In this document: in pieces, positions 37,401-50,700 of the stretch
Layout: each line of letters begins with the position of its first letter
How positions within the stretch are numbered: position 1 is the stretch's first letter
Assembly (NCBI RefSeq): GCF_022045235.1
Contig: NW_027266265.1
Location: 29,450,001 to 29,514,000, forward strand
Source of the DNA: Haliotis cracherodii
Taxonomy: Eukaryota
Length of the DNA: 64,000 nt
Reading direction: 5' to 3'
The notes under the pieces: model-generated
What the model saw: only the letters and a program-made list of their open reading frames with translations
The model's database searches: none
What the model was told of the DNA's origin: nothing
Translations under genes and position numbers: made by a program

Positions 37401-39879
37401 TCATTATTATTATTCTTTAACATTGATATGCATAGCGATACTATTTTAGGCTTGAACTACAAGACCCAACCACTGGCACCGTCATTGAAACTCTACCTGT
37501 TATTGACAGTAAGTGAACGATTTCCTTTGCTCGAGTAACTAAATCTTCATTAATATCTGGAATATCCACGAACTATGAAACAAAGTAATGGCGACACATA
37601 ATCAAGAGATCTATTGAGATGAGAGCACAACAACTTTGATGCATAGCTCTGAATGCTCTGGGGGCCAAGTTAATATATTACTCTGGTATGATTGAAATAT
37701 GAAAACCACTTACAATATAAAGAAGGGTATCGGATGCTACTGATTAAATCCCTCTCTCGTCAGACGAAGACCGGGGGCGGGGGGTCACGGGTGGCCCAGT
37801 CGCCTAAGGCGCCGCGATTCGCTGTGCAGAGTTGCGTCCCTTGGGCACGCCAGAAACCTATGATTGTGGGTTCGAATCCCGGTTCGCCCCGATTATGTTT
37901 CTAGGTTTGTCAGCACTATACCCGTGCTCGTGGGTTTCACCGAAGTGGTAGACGTCTGAGACCTGCATCACTTGGGGCTTTCCTCCCACATTAAGCTGAC
38001 ATGCCGTAATATAACTGGAATAGTGTTAAAAGCGGCGTTAAACCCAACTCACTCACTCGCTCACTCACTCACGAAGACAAAGGTTGGATTCCCTATATGG
38101 TACATTTATAATGTCTACCGCAGTGAAATGGTAGGACTAGGGTTAAAATGGGCACAATATCTTATATTTATATCGATATGTCTTGCCACGTTTCCTAGCC
38201 ACAACCGTCGCAACAGGAGGTCCGTTCACAATCACTCTGTCCACGCCCATCAGCTCCACGGGTTGCCCTGGCGTTGCATGCATCTATGACGCTGCCATGG
38301 TCGACAACATTGACCTCACAAGCTGCGTCGTTGTCGGTGCTGGACATGACGATATTGCAGGTATATCATACAGGCTTTAGAAAGCATATGACAAAATTAG
38401 GAAGAAACTGTTAATTCCTATGTTCTTTCAATCTGCTTTGTGCTCCTCGGTAAACATTGATCGACGTTTATTTCAGCTGCTTTATTTTTCACGCAATGAA
38501 TATGATATTTAAAGTAGATGAATGTACGTGTGTTTAGAATTGCGGGTGTTATTTAGTATTTGATGCCCAGAAACTTTATTTAGACCCGACGGCGTTAGTC
38601 GGATGTTTCAAATGTTAAGATTTCGTCATTGTGTTGACTAGCACGCTTTTACAAATTGGGATGGAGAAAAATATTCATTCGCATGAAAATTCCGAAAGAC
38701 TTACTGGATCCGGTCTCGTTTAAGAAGTTTTTCAAGGTTGCAGCACACATTCAATCATTGTTAAGCATGTGTTATTTTTCAGGCACGAACCCCGCAACAT
38801 TATCCTTCTACACCGTGCCAAGTCTCCAGCCCACGGCCGATTGTCCCGCCCTCCTGCAGGCGTCTGGTCAAGCCGTCCTCTTTGACACTGGTCTTACGTA
38901 CAACTGTTTCTTCAATACAGGATCTTCTACCTGTGGTGTACGTATCTATAACACAACGCACTTTCTCACATTACCTAGGACCCAATGCATTAAGAAGGGG
39001 GTAGCCTTGTGGTTCTGACACTTGTGCCAAAGTTTTCTGGTAGACATGTTCTCGTGTGTTTTCAGATGTACGTGTTTGCAAACGAGTGCCGCTCACCTTT
39101 TCATGAACACGAGTGATCATCACTACTTGATAGTGATTCATAAATTCATGCTAATGATATAGTCTGAATCGTACAATGGACTGTACTTTCAGCAGAGATT
39201 TCAGGTCGCCTCTAAGGTCTAGGGGTAGAGCGTCTGCCCTGAGAGCGGCATACCCGGGGTTCGATCCCCGGTCTCGTCGTATCACAATACATCAAAAGAT
39301 GGTACTTGTTGTTACCCTGCCTGGTGCTCGGCATTAGGGGGCTGAAACAAGCCTTAGGACTGGTTGGCTTGGGGTCAGTATACTGTGTCTAAATGTGTAA
39401 TTGATGCGGCATGGTATCTCAGTGACCTAGCACTATAAAATCGACATTAGTCCGGACTAGTACAAGCAGCCACAGACGCACGTGCAAGCACGTCGCTATT
39501 TAAGTGCCATGACCTTGGACGCAACGTTAAACCCGATTTCACCTCTTATGATTATTTAAATGGATGTCGTCGCTTTTGTTTACTAACCTTACCTAATGTA
39601 TTATTTAAGGGTGATTCTGGAGCTCCTATCATGTGTCCCCTTACCACCGGAGAAATTGTCGTCATCGGTCAGGCTGAGAACATGCCCTGCGACGGCACCG
39701 ACATCGTTGGCTTCTACAATCTGGAGGCTGCGGCTGTCAGAGTGGGCCGTAGAGAGAAAGGGTCTATACTGTTGGGCTATCAGCCGTTCAGGAGATTTAA
39801 CAAACATAAGATTGTCCTTGGCACCGGCAGAAAAGCAACCCGAGTTATTCTTGGTAAACCCAAGATTACTCTTGGCTAG
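34462..39879 (+). CDS. SPH-3: close paralog of SPH-2 with Ser195 retained and His57 to Asn (485 aa)
   Basis: join(34462-34672,35161-35565,36037-36232,37450-37508,38199-38360,38783-38937,39610-39879) = 1458 nt, open. Exon sizes 211/405/196/59/162/155/270 match SPH-2 except the Thr exon. GDSGAPIMC. Confidence 0.9.
36660..37372 (-). mobile_element. 3' fragment of an RLE-type (R4/Dong-like) non-LTR retrotransposon in an SPH-3 intron
   Basis: ETVQHIISGCPAL knuckle remnant and KILWN..NKPDLV..IIDFSVP..KY, a PD-(D/E)xK restriction-like endonuclease; absent from the equivalent SPH-2 intron. Confidence 0.85.
37772..38070 (+). mobile_element. tRNA-derived SINE family D
   Basis: gtggcccagtcg..ggttcgaatcc head, gcggcgttaaa + (ACTC)n tail, TSD ACGAAGAC at 37764 and 38071. 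Confidence 0.85.
39203..39545 (+). mobile_element. SINE family C in the last SPH-3 intron
   Basis: Absent at the paralogous SPH-2 site. Further copies at 40395-40665 and 51560-51740(-). Confidence 0.8.
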
Positions 39880-42404
39880 ATGGTTTTACAGATGAAAGGA
39901 CTTTTTACTTCATGTGTGTTTACTCGGAGTTGTTTATTATTGGTTATTGTCATATGGTATGTCTTGTGTGCACAGTATACACGTGCAAGTTTCAACGTTT
40001 TCCTTTGCATGTTTAAAACAGGAGTTGAGAGATATATCTCTATTCTATATTAATGGACATATGTTGTTGATTATGAAAAATATGTGTTGTTTGTATTTGG
40101 TTGTTTTAGCAATTGCGAAGATTATGATTTTAATAAATATGTTTTTCTAATTGTTGTAATTATGTCTATTCTGCTACAAGCTCAGTTCAATTCACACTCA
40201 TCAAAATATCCTAACAGACTGGACATTATACTTATAGAGACGTAATAACAAACATGACCATTTTGGGGTTCGAACCTGGACTGGAACCCCTCTCGGATGC
40301 CAGTATAAATTAAACCACACATTACCAAGACAGGAGCAAGTAATAGAAAAAAACGCGAAAGGTCCTTTACAATTGGTTTAAAAGGTTGCATAGTCCTTGT
40401 GGTCTCGAGGAAGAGCGTCTGTCCAGAGAGCGGAAGATCCGGTGTACGATACCCGGCCGCGTCATACCCAAAGACGTTAAAAGTTGATACTTGTTTTTGT
40501 TGTTATCTTGTCTGGCGCTCGGCATTTAGGGGTTGAAACAAGGGCTCGGAGTCAGTATACTGTGTCGGAGTGGGGTATTGATGTTAAACCGCGGCATGTA
40601 ACATGCAAGTCGTCATGTTAGTGTAATAATCATGTACGCGACGTTGAACCCAATTTCACCTCACCATTTGTCTTTATGTCATTATACAAGAGGTAACTAC
40701 AGATGCACGTGTTGAAACGAAATTCGTTATCGTCCGTTTTCCGTTGAAGGAGTGGGTGAGTATGGACGTACGCCCCTTTAAGTAATATTCCAGCAATTAT
40801 CAGGTGTGGGGGCGACACCAGAAATTGGCTTAAAAAACATTGAGCTTGGGCCTTTGGCGTGGAGAGCAGATGCTTTATCACTTGGCCATCTCTGGGCCTT
40901 TGTTTTCAGATTATATAAGATTTACCTTTTCACAACCCGATTAAATCTACTGCTTTTACACAATTTAGCATATACTGGGTATACACATTTACCTTGATAG
41001 TATTGAGTGAACCGTTCTGGACACGTAATAATGAAGACGACGGCATAAATTTAAACCATGAACAAGACCGTACCTTTCCGTGAGTTGTGTCGATGATGTT
41101 TTACCCACAACAAAAAAAACCACGTAGGGCTCACACAGGTAACTGAGCACGTGGCGCCTACCTTAAAACAACAATGCTCCGCCAGCTGACACAGACAAAC
41201 AGTGAACGTAAATACGACCGCACGGGAGTGGCTTCTGTGTGACGGAGATGCTGGGCTTACACACCTGCTGTATCTCATCTGTCGTGGGGTTGATTGTTTA
41301 TACATGTATGTGCGTTAGTGGGTTGGTTTTTGCGTCACTTCATACAGTAGTTCAGTTATATCAAGAAGTGTCAACTCAAAGGTACCATTGGAGTGTTCAT
41401 CGGCTTATTCCCATACCAAGTCATACATAATCGTACTATTTTAGTGTCACCTCTTCACACATACATGTGTATGGCTTAACTGGTTGTTATCATATCCGCC
41501 TCTGTGGAGTTTAAGACAACTTGACCGTTCGTGTTCCAGGAGAGGTTTAAATGTGAACTCGTCCAGGCTATCAGTCTGTTAACACTGTAAATTAGCTTAT
41601 CGTTTTTAATCAATTCATTATCACAATGTATCGATGGATGAACAAATTGCTGCATTTCAGCATTATTTGGGAACACTGAGAATGGTTACATGCTTTTAAC
41701 AAGACTACAATAAGAAACCGATGTTAAGCGGATTTCACAGATGAATACAGCGTTGGTAGTGTTAAAATTCGTATACTTCAAGACAGATGAATACAGCGCC
41801 AGAATTCTATGGCTCGTATACTTTAATACAAATAAAACCCGTGAAAATCCTGGTTAGAATGGGTCTTCAGCAACCAATGCTTGTCGTAAGAGGCGACTAA
41901 CAGGAATCGAGTGAGTGAATATAATTTTAAGTCACGTCGGCAATATTTCAGCCATACTGTGACTTGACCAAGTTATACAAAAATTATTTAAAAAACTGTT
42001 TATGAAGGACAGTATTATAACTAGCAATATATCACAGTTTGACTTAAAATTAGTTGAACAGTAAAAATCGATTAATAGGCAACGATACAATATAAACATG
42101 GGACTACAAGTCGCCAGTAACAAAGGTAAGGTCACCATACAAGGGACCAAGGGGACTTACTGTACCTCTGCTACCTGCATGATTCCCCAGAAGGATTTCG
42201 AGTTTAGCCAGAGATTAAAAGTAAAAAAATATTCTGCAGTTAAGATGGGTTAGATATTCTTTGAATAAGGTGGTCTTACATACCATCTCAGTGGGAAAAT
42301 AATTTTACGGTACTTTAACACCCGTAGAGGACAGAGCCACGAACAATCTCAGTTAATAATCATACACTACCGATTTATAAAATACATAACTTTTTCATAA
42401 AAAA

Positions 42405-42511
42405 TGTGAATTAGTTAAATATCGTTTAAATTGTGAATTAGTTAAATATCGTTTAAATTGTGAATTAGTTAAATATCGTTTAAATTGTGAATTAGTTAAA
42501 TATCGTTTAAA
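42405..42511. repeat. 27-bp tandem repeat x4
   Basis: tgtgaattagttaaatatcgtttaaat. Confidence 0.9.
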
Positions 42512-42574
42512 AAGTAAATGATTAAACGTGAAATTACATTGCTAAAAGGTCCTTAACTGTTTTCATAATAAAAA

Positions 42575-43090
42575 GAGAATCTCACCCGAGTGTCTTTTGA
42601 TATCAAATATATCAATACGAGTTGATAAAAGTGGAAAAACTCTGGGGCTTGTCGAGGAGTTTTTCCGCTTTTATCAACGAGTGTTGATATATTTGATAAA
42701 AAAAGACACGAGGGTGAGAATATATTTATCATCTAACATCATTCTTCCCAATTTTTCAGTTTGTAGACAGTAATAAGCAGTGTCTTAAGTGTAAAAAGTA
42801 CTGCTAACAGCCTCAGTCATTTGATTGTGACGTCAGGGGCGGTCGGTTAGCCTAGTGGTTAAAGCGTTCGCTCGCCACGCCGAAGACCCGGGTTCGATTC
42901 CTGACATGGGTACAATGTGTGAAGCCCATTTCTGGTGTCCCCCGCCGTGATATTGCTGGAATATTGCTAAAAGCGACGTAAAACCATACTCACTCACTCA
43001 CTAACTGATTGTGACGTCATGCTAGCAATGACGTCACAGTGGTCAGCAAAGCATTGTGATGCAATTTCATGGGAGCGATATCTACAATGT
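42575..43090. mobile_element. Foldback/palindromic non-autonomous element (related copy at about 18770-19030)
   Basis: Inverted arms of about 63 bp at 42580-42719; the flank matches 18770-19030 in inverted orientation. Confidence 0.6.
42836..43005 (+). mobile_element. tRNA-derived SINE family B with 14-bp TSD
   Basis: TSD TGATTGTGACGTCA at 42822-42835 and 43006-43019. Other copies at about 17010-17165(-), 34975-35122, 40750-40870(-) and 50735-50833. Confidence 0.88.
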
Positions 43091-44230
43091 GCCTAAGTCC
43101 TCTGCAATTCCATTGTATTATATTGTGAGAGCAACTCATCGAGGCTCAATTGGAGAACGTAAACGGGGGGAGGGTCCTCGTAATGACAGAGATGACAGAG
43201 ATGGGGACACTTCCATATCAAGAGGCTCAAAGGTATTATGAACCTCAACAGAATGGTTGAAGGCGCCTTCAAATGTTTGAGTGCCCTCGATTCCTTTTTT
43301 TCGTAACTGCATTCTCTCCTTCCTTGATAAAAGTAGATGTTGCGGCTCAGGTTCAGGATCAGGCTCAGGTTTAGGCTCAGACTCAGGCTCTATTACTGGT
43401 GCCTGTGAGTTAGCGATTAATTGTAGATCAGTCTGTTTCAGACGATGGTGATCAGTTTAATTCCTCAGCTATGGAATATAACACTTTTTGGTTGTCTGTT
43501 ACCCAGCAAATGTCTGTCTGAGATGCATGGTCAACTGTTTGCTTGAGAGTGGAAACTGCGTGCGGCGGAGTATGATCTTGATTTTAAAGAGGTTGGTGAT
43601 TGTTCTTTTGCCAATTTCTTTGCATCGGAAAAGGAAATATTGTTCGTATATATGACCTTCATACCTTTTTTTATTCTCTTCCAAAGACTGGACATTGTTT
43701 TGAGGAGGACATGTGCCCACCGTTGCAGTTAGTACATTTGATGTCACCTGTGCAATCAGTGCTGTCGTGATTCTTACCGCAACGGGAGCAGACTGGGGAG
43801 TTATGAGAGCACCTGGCTTCATGTCCAAACTGTTGACAACTGAAACATCGGAGTGGATTTGGTATATACACATCCACTCCGATGTTGAAATAACCAGTTT
43901 TAAATTAAGTTGGAAGCTTGGAAAGGGCAAATGTAAATAGATATGTGTTGGTAGTGACAACGCTATCATGATCTTTTATTGTGAATTGTTTCACAGATGT
44001 TACTCATTTATCTCAAGATCCCCTTCTGAAATGTCAAACAGACACTTGGCTCGGTCGCGGAAAATGCCCCTGCATGAATTCAGAGATTTATGAACTGAGA
44101 CAGTAATTACAGTATCGGCAAAACGATGTGCATTCAGCAAATGTTTTGGATTGTTGCCTCTATGCACATTCTATGAAGAGAGAACCAGACCGGAGACGTG
44201 TGTCGTTTTGGACGTCACTACAATGTCTTC
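43060..44230 (-). mobile_element. Decayed LINE ORF1 (gag-like zinc knuckles)
   Basis: YIPNPLRCFSCQQFGH..CSRCGKNH..CTNCNGGH..C: CCHC knuckles typical of I/Jockey-group ORF1; frameshifted. Confidence 0.8.
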
Positions 44231-44237
44231 TACAACT

Positions 44238-44490
44238 AGAGTGAGTGAGTTGGGTTAAACGCCGCTTTTAACAGTATTCCAGTTATATCACGGCGTGACA
44301 GCTTAATGTGGGAGGAAAGCCCAAAGTGATGCAGGTCTCAGACGTTTACCACTTCGGTGAACCCATGAGCACGGGTATGGTGCTGACAAACCTAGAAACA
44401 TAATTGGGGCGAACCGGGATTCGAACCCCAAATCATAGGGTTTTGGCATGCCCAAGGGACGCAACTCTGCACAGCGAATCGCGGCGCGTT
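44238..44490 (-). mobile_element. SINE family D
   Basis: Reverse complement of 37810-38060. Older copies at 13132-13330(-) and 16305-16505. Confidence 0.8.
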
Positions 44491-44689
44491 AGAGTGCGTG
44501 TAGTCAATTTGGAACGAAATTGTCTCCAGCTGCTAGGTGTATTTTGCATAATTGTTCTACGAGCTTATGCTTTTGATATCCTTAAGCGTTTTAAGTTATC
44601 TTCAGTCGGATGTTTATTGAATACACTTTCCGACATTATCCTGTTTTGTTTCTAGCTTTTTTTTTTCAATCATCATTATACCATGGTGT

Positions 44690-46215
44690 ACTAACATGTG
44701 GAGTTGTATAGGTATTAGAGATAACGTCCGTGGCAATGTTTAAGAAGGTCATGATCATTCATAAAATGATTAGCTTTCAATTTAGTACTGCAAAAGAAAC
44801 TAAACAAAAGCCTCACTACCTTGGAAAATTGCTTTTGTAAATGAAACTATCCACAAAGGGAGATATAGCTTTACATACGGTAGGAAAGTGATCAGTGCGG
44901 CACAAATCACCATGAACTGACCATGAACTGAAAAAAGGTCATTAAAGAGTGTCAGAAATGGGCAAATCCAACGCTGAGAACATACTCCTGGATTGAAGTA
45001 TGTGTTACTTCCATCATTAAGAAGGCATAGACTATGCTTATCAAGTAATTCTTCTGTCACATTTCCTATATCTTTATGATCGGATGAACCCAATACGATT
45101 TGTGACAATTCAAGTCTCCCATAATCAAAAACACTTTGGGATGCTGGTCAATGAGATCATCCAGATCCCTGAGTTGAAGAGCAGATGATGGATGTATATA
45201 TGAGGAACACAGAGTTATTGTTGTAATATACCAAGTTATACGCACTGCAACAGCCTGAAGGTATTTAGTGCAATAGGGCTTTGAGGAGATCCCTATTTCA
45301 ATGGTATATCTGTGCCAACATACGCCTTACTTTCAGTAACCCTTACAAACGAACTATATGTATCCTACTGATGTAAATTAAATAGCTGACCATCTCATGT
45401 TTCCTGGAGACTAAACGGTTCTTATCTTCGGCTAGAAGGTTCATTTCTTCAAAATTAGCTATAATTCCTCGGCAGTTACATTGTATGATATTATGATTCA
45501 TGGAGGGTGAACATGTGATCTACCTCTACCCACTTTCTTTTCAGAAGTGTGGCCATGTACATGTATGTAACTTTTGGTGGGTTTTAGGGCAGTGACATAA
45601 GATATTTTAGTTGGTCCTGCAGAGGAATTAGCAGGAACTTTCTTTCGTGCATCAATGTAGCCAATAGTTTGCTCAGACTTAACCCGTTACACAGCCGACT
45701 CAAATTCGAACACAGGACGCTCAGGGGAATATGCCATGTGTGCTTCTGTGCAGTGAGGACATTTGAGGGTAGCACAACAAGCAAAGCCTTCATTTCTATT
45801 TCAATGTTGAGCATGACCAAACTGTTGGCATTTGAAACAGTTTTCACATGGTTTTCACAAATCAATCCTCATAACTTCTTTGAGAGGCATTTAGAAAATG
45901 GAGTACTGAGTACTGAGTTGTTCATCCATAAATCATTTCCTTACTTTAGTCAATTCTCATAGCAAAGCAACCAACCTGGAAGGTTAGGTGAAGCAAACGT
46001 GATCAAGAGATAAGTGTTGGAAGGTAAAATGTTCCCATCTTCCTTAAACGTGAAACGTTTTGCTTCAATAACACCTTGATCTCTTAGCTCAGAAACAATT
46101 TCATCAACTGAGAGGTCATTTAAACTACGATCACGATCACGGACGATCCCCTTACTGAAGTTGAGTGATTTATGAGCATAACTTTCGATCTTGATATCTG
46201 CCGGTTTAGTTGATT
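44690..46215 (-). mobile_element. Decayed I-group LINE remnant (ORF1 end + APE endonuclease)
   Basis: MNHNIIQCNCRGI at about 45500, LQAVAV and LLNDGSNTY EN motifs, plus degenerate knuckles upstream; many stops. Confidence 0.75.
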
Positions 46216-47717
46216 CAATTCAATTCGGTTTATTTCGTAAGTGTAGGCCATCGGCCAATAGTTACATTTATATTACAATGGACGTGGTGTACACAGATCT
46301 TATTGTTCTGACAATAATGTACTACGAAGTGACATCGCTTGACAGATATAAAATATAGCAAAACGTTTAATTACTTTACAATCAGTTTTAGACATAGTGA
46401 TAACAATTTCTTTGTTTTGTCGGATATTCATAACATTTCTGTGGCAAGTGATCCACCCGTGTTATAACCGGAGCAAACTAACAAGACATGATACTCGTGT
46501 AGTTCATTCAAAAAGGGTTGCAGATTGTTTATGAGTTTTGCATTCCACCAGCAGGGCGCCACACTTCAGTTTTGTAACATCAGACATTCCCTGCTTTAAC
46601 TTTTATTGCTTTTTTTCTAGTAGAACCGCCTTCTGGGCATCGGAATCGAGAATCAGTTAAATTTTGAAATTTCTCAAAATTCCTCAAAATTCAAGAAAGA
46701 AAGAAAATGAAAAAAAAATCAAAAGAGTGAGTGAGTATGGTTTTACGACACATTCTACGCCGGATCCTAATCTAGATAAACACAGCAATTAAAGCATTAT
46801 GGCTCGTAAACTTCAACACAGATACCTTCAGAGCTGATATCGTCGGTTATAATTGTAGTGCGAAAAGACAGGTGTTTTAAGTCGCATTATTGAAATCAGC
46901 TATTTGCAAGACCGACACATTGTGTTATGGTCTATTTTATATTCAGAAAGAGAATAATTGCAAATGTCTCACGACTATTTATAGTTACATACATAAAACT
47001 GAGTCGCAAAAGCAATTTACCTTTCAATTGAGTTGATGTTTTATTTTCAATTGAAAATATGTTAAGTTAGCGATATTTCATCCCAAAGAAATAAACTGGC
47101 GCTTAGTCAGCACTCAAAGAATAATTGTACGTGTTTTTTTCAAAATATAATTTGATTTAAAACTTTTAAAAAACATTTTGAAACATTCCATTATACAAAA
47201 CTGCTGATGGGTATCTTAGACATCTTTGAAACTCAATAAATTTGCATTTCAAACATTGTAGAGGTCAAGTGAGTACAAATTCATTTCTTACACAAGTCTT
47301 CATTGAACCAAATTATTTTAACACAAAATTACCCATCCACAGATTACTTTTTACAGACGGTTACAGGAATCAGTGATGGTTAAATACACATAATCAAATT
47401 TAACAAAGGTTCTTTCAAATTTCAATTATTTAAAACAAACTCGGGATACTATCTTTTGCCCCAAAGTTTGTAAAATGTTTCGAACCTTGAAATGCATGAT
47501 TAAGCATCCCCACTTGTGCTGTAGGAAATTTTCCAGGTGTCGTAGCTTGTGTGGAAACGCTTCTGTAAAGCCCATCTTTGTATGGCAAACATTGGTATAT
47601 TCTATGATATGTACTTCTACTGCTGGTTCAACATCGAAAACAAACCCTGTAGTGTTTGAATCACTGTTTAAATAGAAAAAAATCCCACGGCAGTTCTTCC
47701 ACCGAAATCCATCTCAG

Positions 47718-47725
47718 TATAAATA
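47718..47725 (+). promoter_or_regulatory. TATA box of SPH-4
   Basis: TATAAATA 63 bp upstream of the ATG at 47781; identical at 63514-63521 before SPH-5. Confidence 0.6.
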
Positions 47726-47780
47726 CCCCGTCTCCCTCCTGTTTGAACGCCAGCGCCTTGACAGCTCCACACACAGCAGA

Positions 47781-50700
47781 ATGAATTGCCTACCCATACT
47801 AGTCTGCCTATCACTGGCAGTGATGGTGAGTAGCGAATATCTCTCCATGGAGTATCAGTCAGAGAATTATGAAAGTGCTATGAGGGCTGAAAGTCAAGCT
47901 TCACTGCGACACTACAGGCCCCGCTACAGCTACGTCGACTACTCGGGAGACTGCTGCCGTAACGGTAACAACAACTGTGGATGGGCTCGATATTGTAAGT
48001 AATCAGTGCAATTATACATATATTATTACATACAATTCACGAAGTTTGTATAACGAGGTAACTGCTAAAGCCATGCTGATTTTTTCACCCCAAACAGGCC
48101 CCAATGCCAATAGTTTCTTTTCGCGAACACTTGGTATTATCACTGTTTGATAGTGGTTAAAGAACACATGCTCATGGTACAGTCGCAATCGTATAATGGA
48201 CTCGTTCAAGAAGGTGTTTATTGCTGTTAATTACGAATTAGTTTAACTCAGTGGCAAGAACATTTTGTGGTGAATCAAAGCAACGGACTAGTAATTCTCC
48301 TAGTATCACTCTAGAACACTCAAGAGAGCGAAAGGTCTGTGGTTCGATTACCAAGATATGATACTTGTTGTCACTCCGCGTAATACAGAAATTTCAAATA
48401 TTAAATGACAGGAATCAAAAACGGAATAACACCTTCAAATGTGCAAAATTGAGCTTCATCGACACTGTAAATGAAAATGTCTGTCCGAAATAGATGTACT
48501 GTGAACTGTGACACATGCATATTGCCAAGCTCAAATGTTTTGACGTCGTAATACTTTGCATGACGGCATATCTGTCAATCACAACTGAATAGGCCTCGTT
48601 AGCGTAAGCAGAGAAGTAATCAAACACATAATTTATGTTTTTTCGCTAATAAATATTAATCAAGTGCAATATTGAATGAATGATCTATTCATGTCGCCAT
48701 CTCAAATGCCATTTTCCCAAGTGGTGATACGCAACGAAAAGACCCATAAAGATCTGGCGAAGAATAGGTCTTCAGCAACCCATACTTGCCGTAAAATGCG
48801 ACTATGCTTGTCGTAAGAGGCGACTAACGGGATAGGGTGGTCAGGCTCGCTGACTTGGTTGATGCATGTCATCGATCCCAAATGCGTGGATTGATGCTCA
48901 TGATATCAAACACTGGATTGTCTGGTCCAGACTCGATTAATTACAGACCGCCGTCATAAAGCTGGAATATTGCTGAGTGCGGCGTTACACAACAAACCAA
49001 CAAACCATAAAAAGGCGTAAAAGGCAAACAAGTGATGGAAAATGTGTGAAGGCATCACGGAAATTCTGTAATAATACCACGTGTTTGCGAAAACGGTTAG
49101 CACATGTTTTATGTCCTGTTCTACCAATAGCACCCTCTCAATATGGTGCCAGTGAGTTAGGTGGTTCAACACTCCATGACTGTGAAGGTCATTGCATGGG
49201 AGAGAACAGCGCATCATGTTGCCAAGCCAGGGGCAAATTACTTTAAATGTTAAGCTGTTCACCATACACGTTCTGAAATGACTTAACCAGGACTTTGATG
49301 GTGATTCTTTGATTGAGAAGCTTATTTGTAATCTTTCTTTCCGTGAAAAATAACCCGATTCAAACAGATTGCCTCACACAGTCTCATTCGTTTTACAGTT
49401 GTCAGTCCAGTCGAATCCCTCGACGCACAAAACACACATTTTGCCGACAAACCCGCGTGTGAATATCGCGCGTCTTGTTTGTTTCAGATGCTTCCTCCTA
49501 CTATGGATCCCGGTACTCCAGGAGAGGCTGCTACTATTATAGACCACAAAGCTCTGTAGTATACTGCGGATGTGTGGGAGTACAACAATGTTCTCCAACA
49601 ACTGTTGCCGCTACAACCACTACTACAACAGCTGTTCCCACGACTACAACAGCTGCTCCCACTACTACAACAGCTGCACCCACTACCACTACCACTCCTA
49701 CAACTACTACTGCAGCTCCAACAACAACAGCCACAACACGATGTTAGTTAACATAAACATTTTATTGTTCTTTATTTATGTACCACCAGAACAACCGTGG
49801 AGATTCATGGGTAGAATTGTTTCCAGTAACCCTAATGTGCTGCTTACGGACCATCGTTATGATATGGATCGATGTTCATGCTTTCAGTCACTGGTTTGTG
49901 CTGCTTATCAGTTCAACCACTCCTGTGCCTGAATATTTACAGACATGATATAGCTGGAATATTGCTGATGGCGGCGTCAAGAACATACTCGCTGACTATT
50001 ATGTGTACAATTTCAGTTTGTCCAGCTGAGGCCTCAACCGCCCCAACCGCCACCACGAGGCTACTAAACGGCCTTGCTATCGCTGGATGCGATGAGTTCC
50101 CAGGGCTTGTAGCCATCCAAATCGGTGGAGCAACTGTATGCACTGGAGTCGTCACCAGTGGCACGACCCTGTCTATACCCAGCAACTGTGCTGCTTTTGC
50201 AAACGGAGCAGAGTAAGCTGGCTTTATGATACTCATTACTATTAAGATATTATTATTAATAGGAGGTAGTGTTTTATTGGTGTAATTGTTGGTAATAATA
50301 TCCTGCTCAATAGTACCATTTAGCATTACGCAAATTGCCAGAAGGGGAATCACAGTGGCATCCTCCTGATCTGCGCCAACAGATAAGGAGGTACCGAACC
50401 TTAGGCACCAAGATCAGTGGGGAGTCGAATAACTTATACTTGTGATGCAGGCACGACATTTCACATGCTAGGTTCGTTTATTTGACAATTTATCAAAATG
50501 GACAATGTTGCATTGCAAATACTTGATTACCTATCGTTATTGTCGATCTTCCCAAAAGATCCTCTCAAGCTCTACAATTTCGTCCCTATAGTTATAGTTA
50601 AGGATCATGTATGTCACAGCACAAATATGTGCCAGGTGTTTTTACGTATATAAATCCAATAGTACAACATGTATCATTGAAATGCAAACACTACAGGCGT

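Larger units (their letters stand above)
32260..40310 (+). repeat. Segmental duplication unit carrying SPH-3
   Basis: Co-linear with 22470-29760 apart from copy-specific TE insertions. Confidence 0.85.
44682..48146 (+). repeat. Segmental duplication (decayed LINE + SPH-4 promoter + exon 1), paralogous to about 60157-63946
   Basis: Near-identical from catggtgtactaac onward, including the minus-strand LINE remnant. Confidence 0.9.

Noticed and set aside
42836-42910. tRNA genes at SINE heads (also 8593, 15433, 22058, 37772)
   Set aside because: A/B boxes run into SINE bodies with tails and TSDs; no clean cloverleaf.
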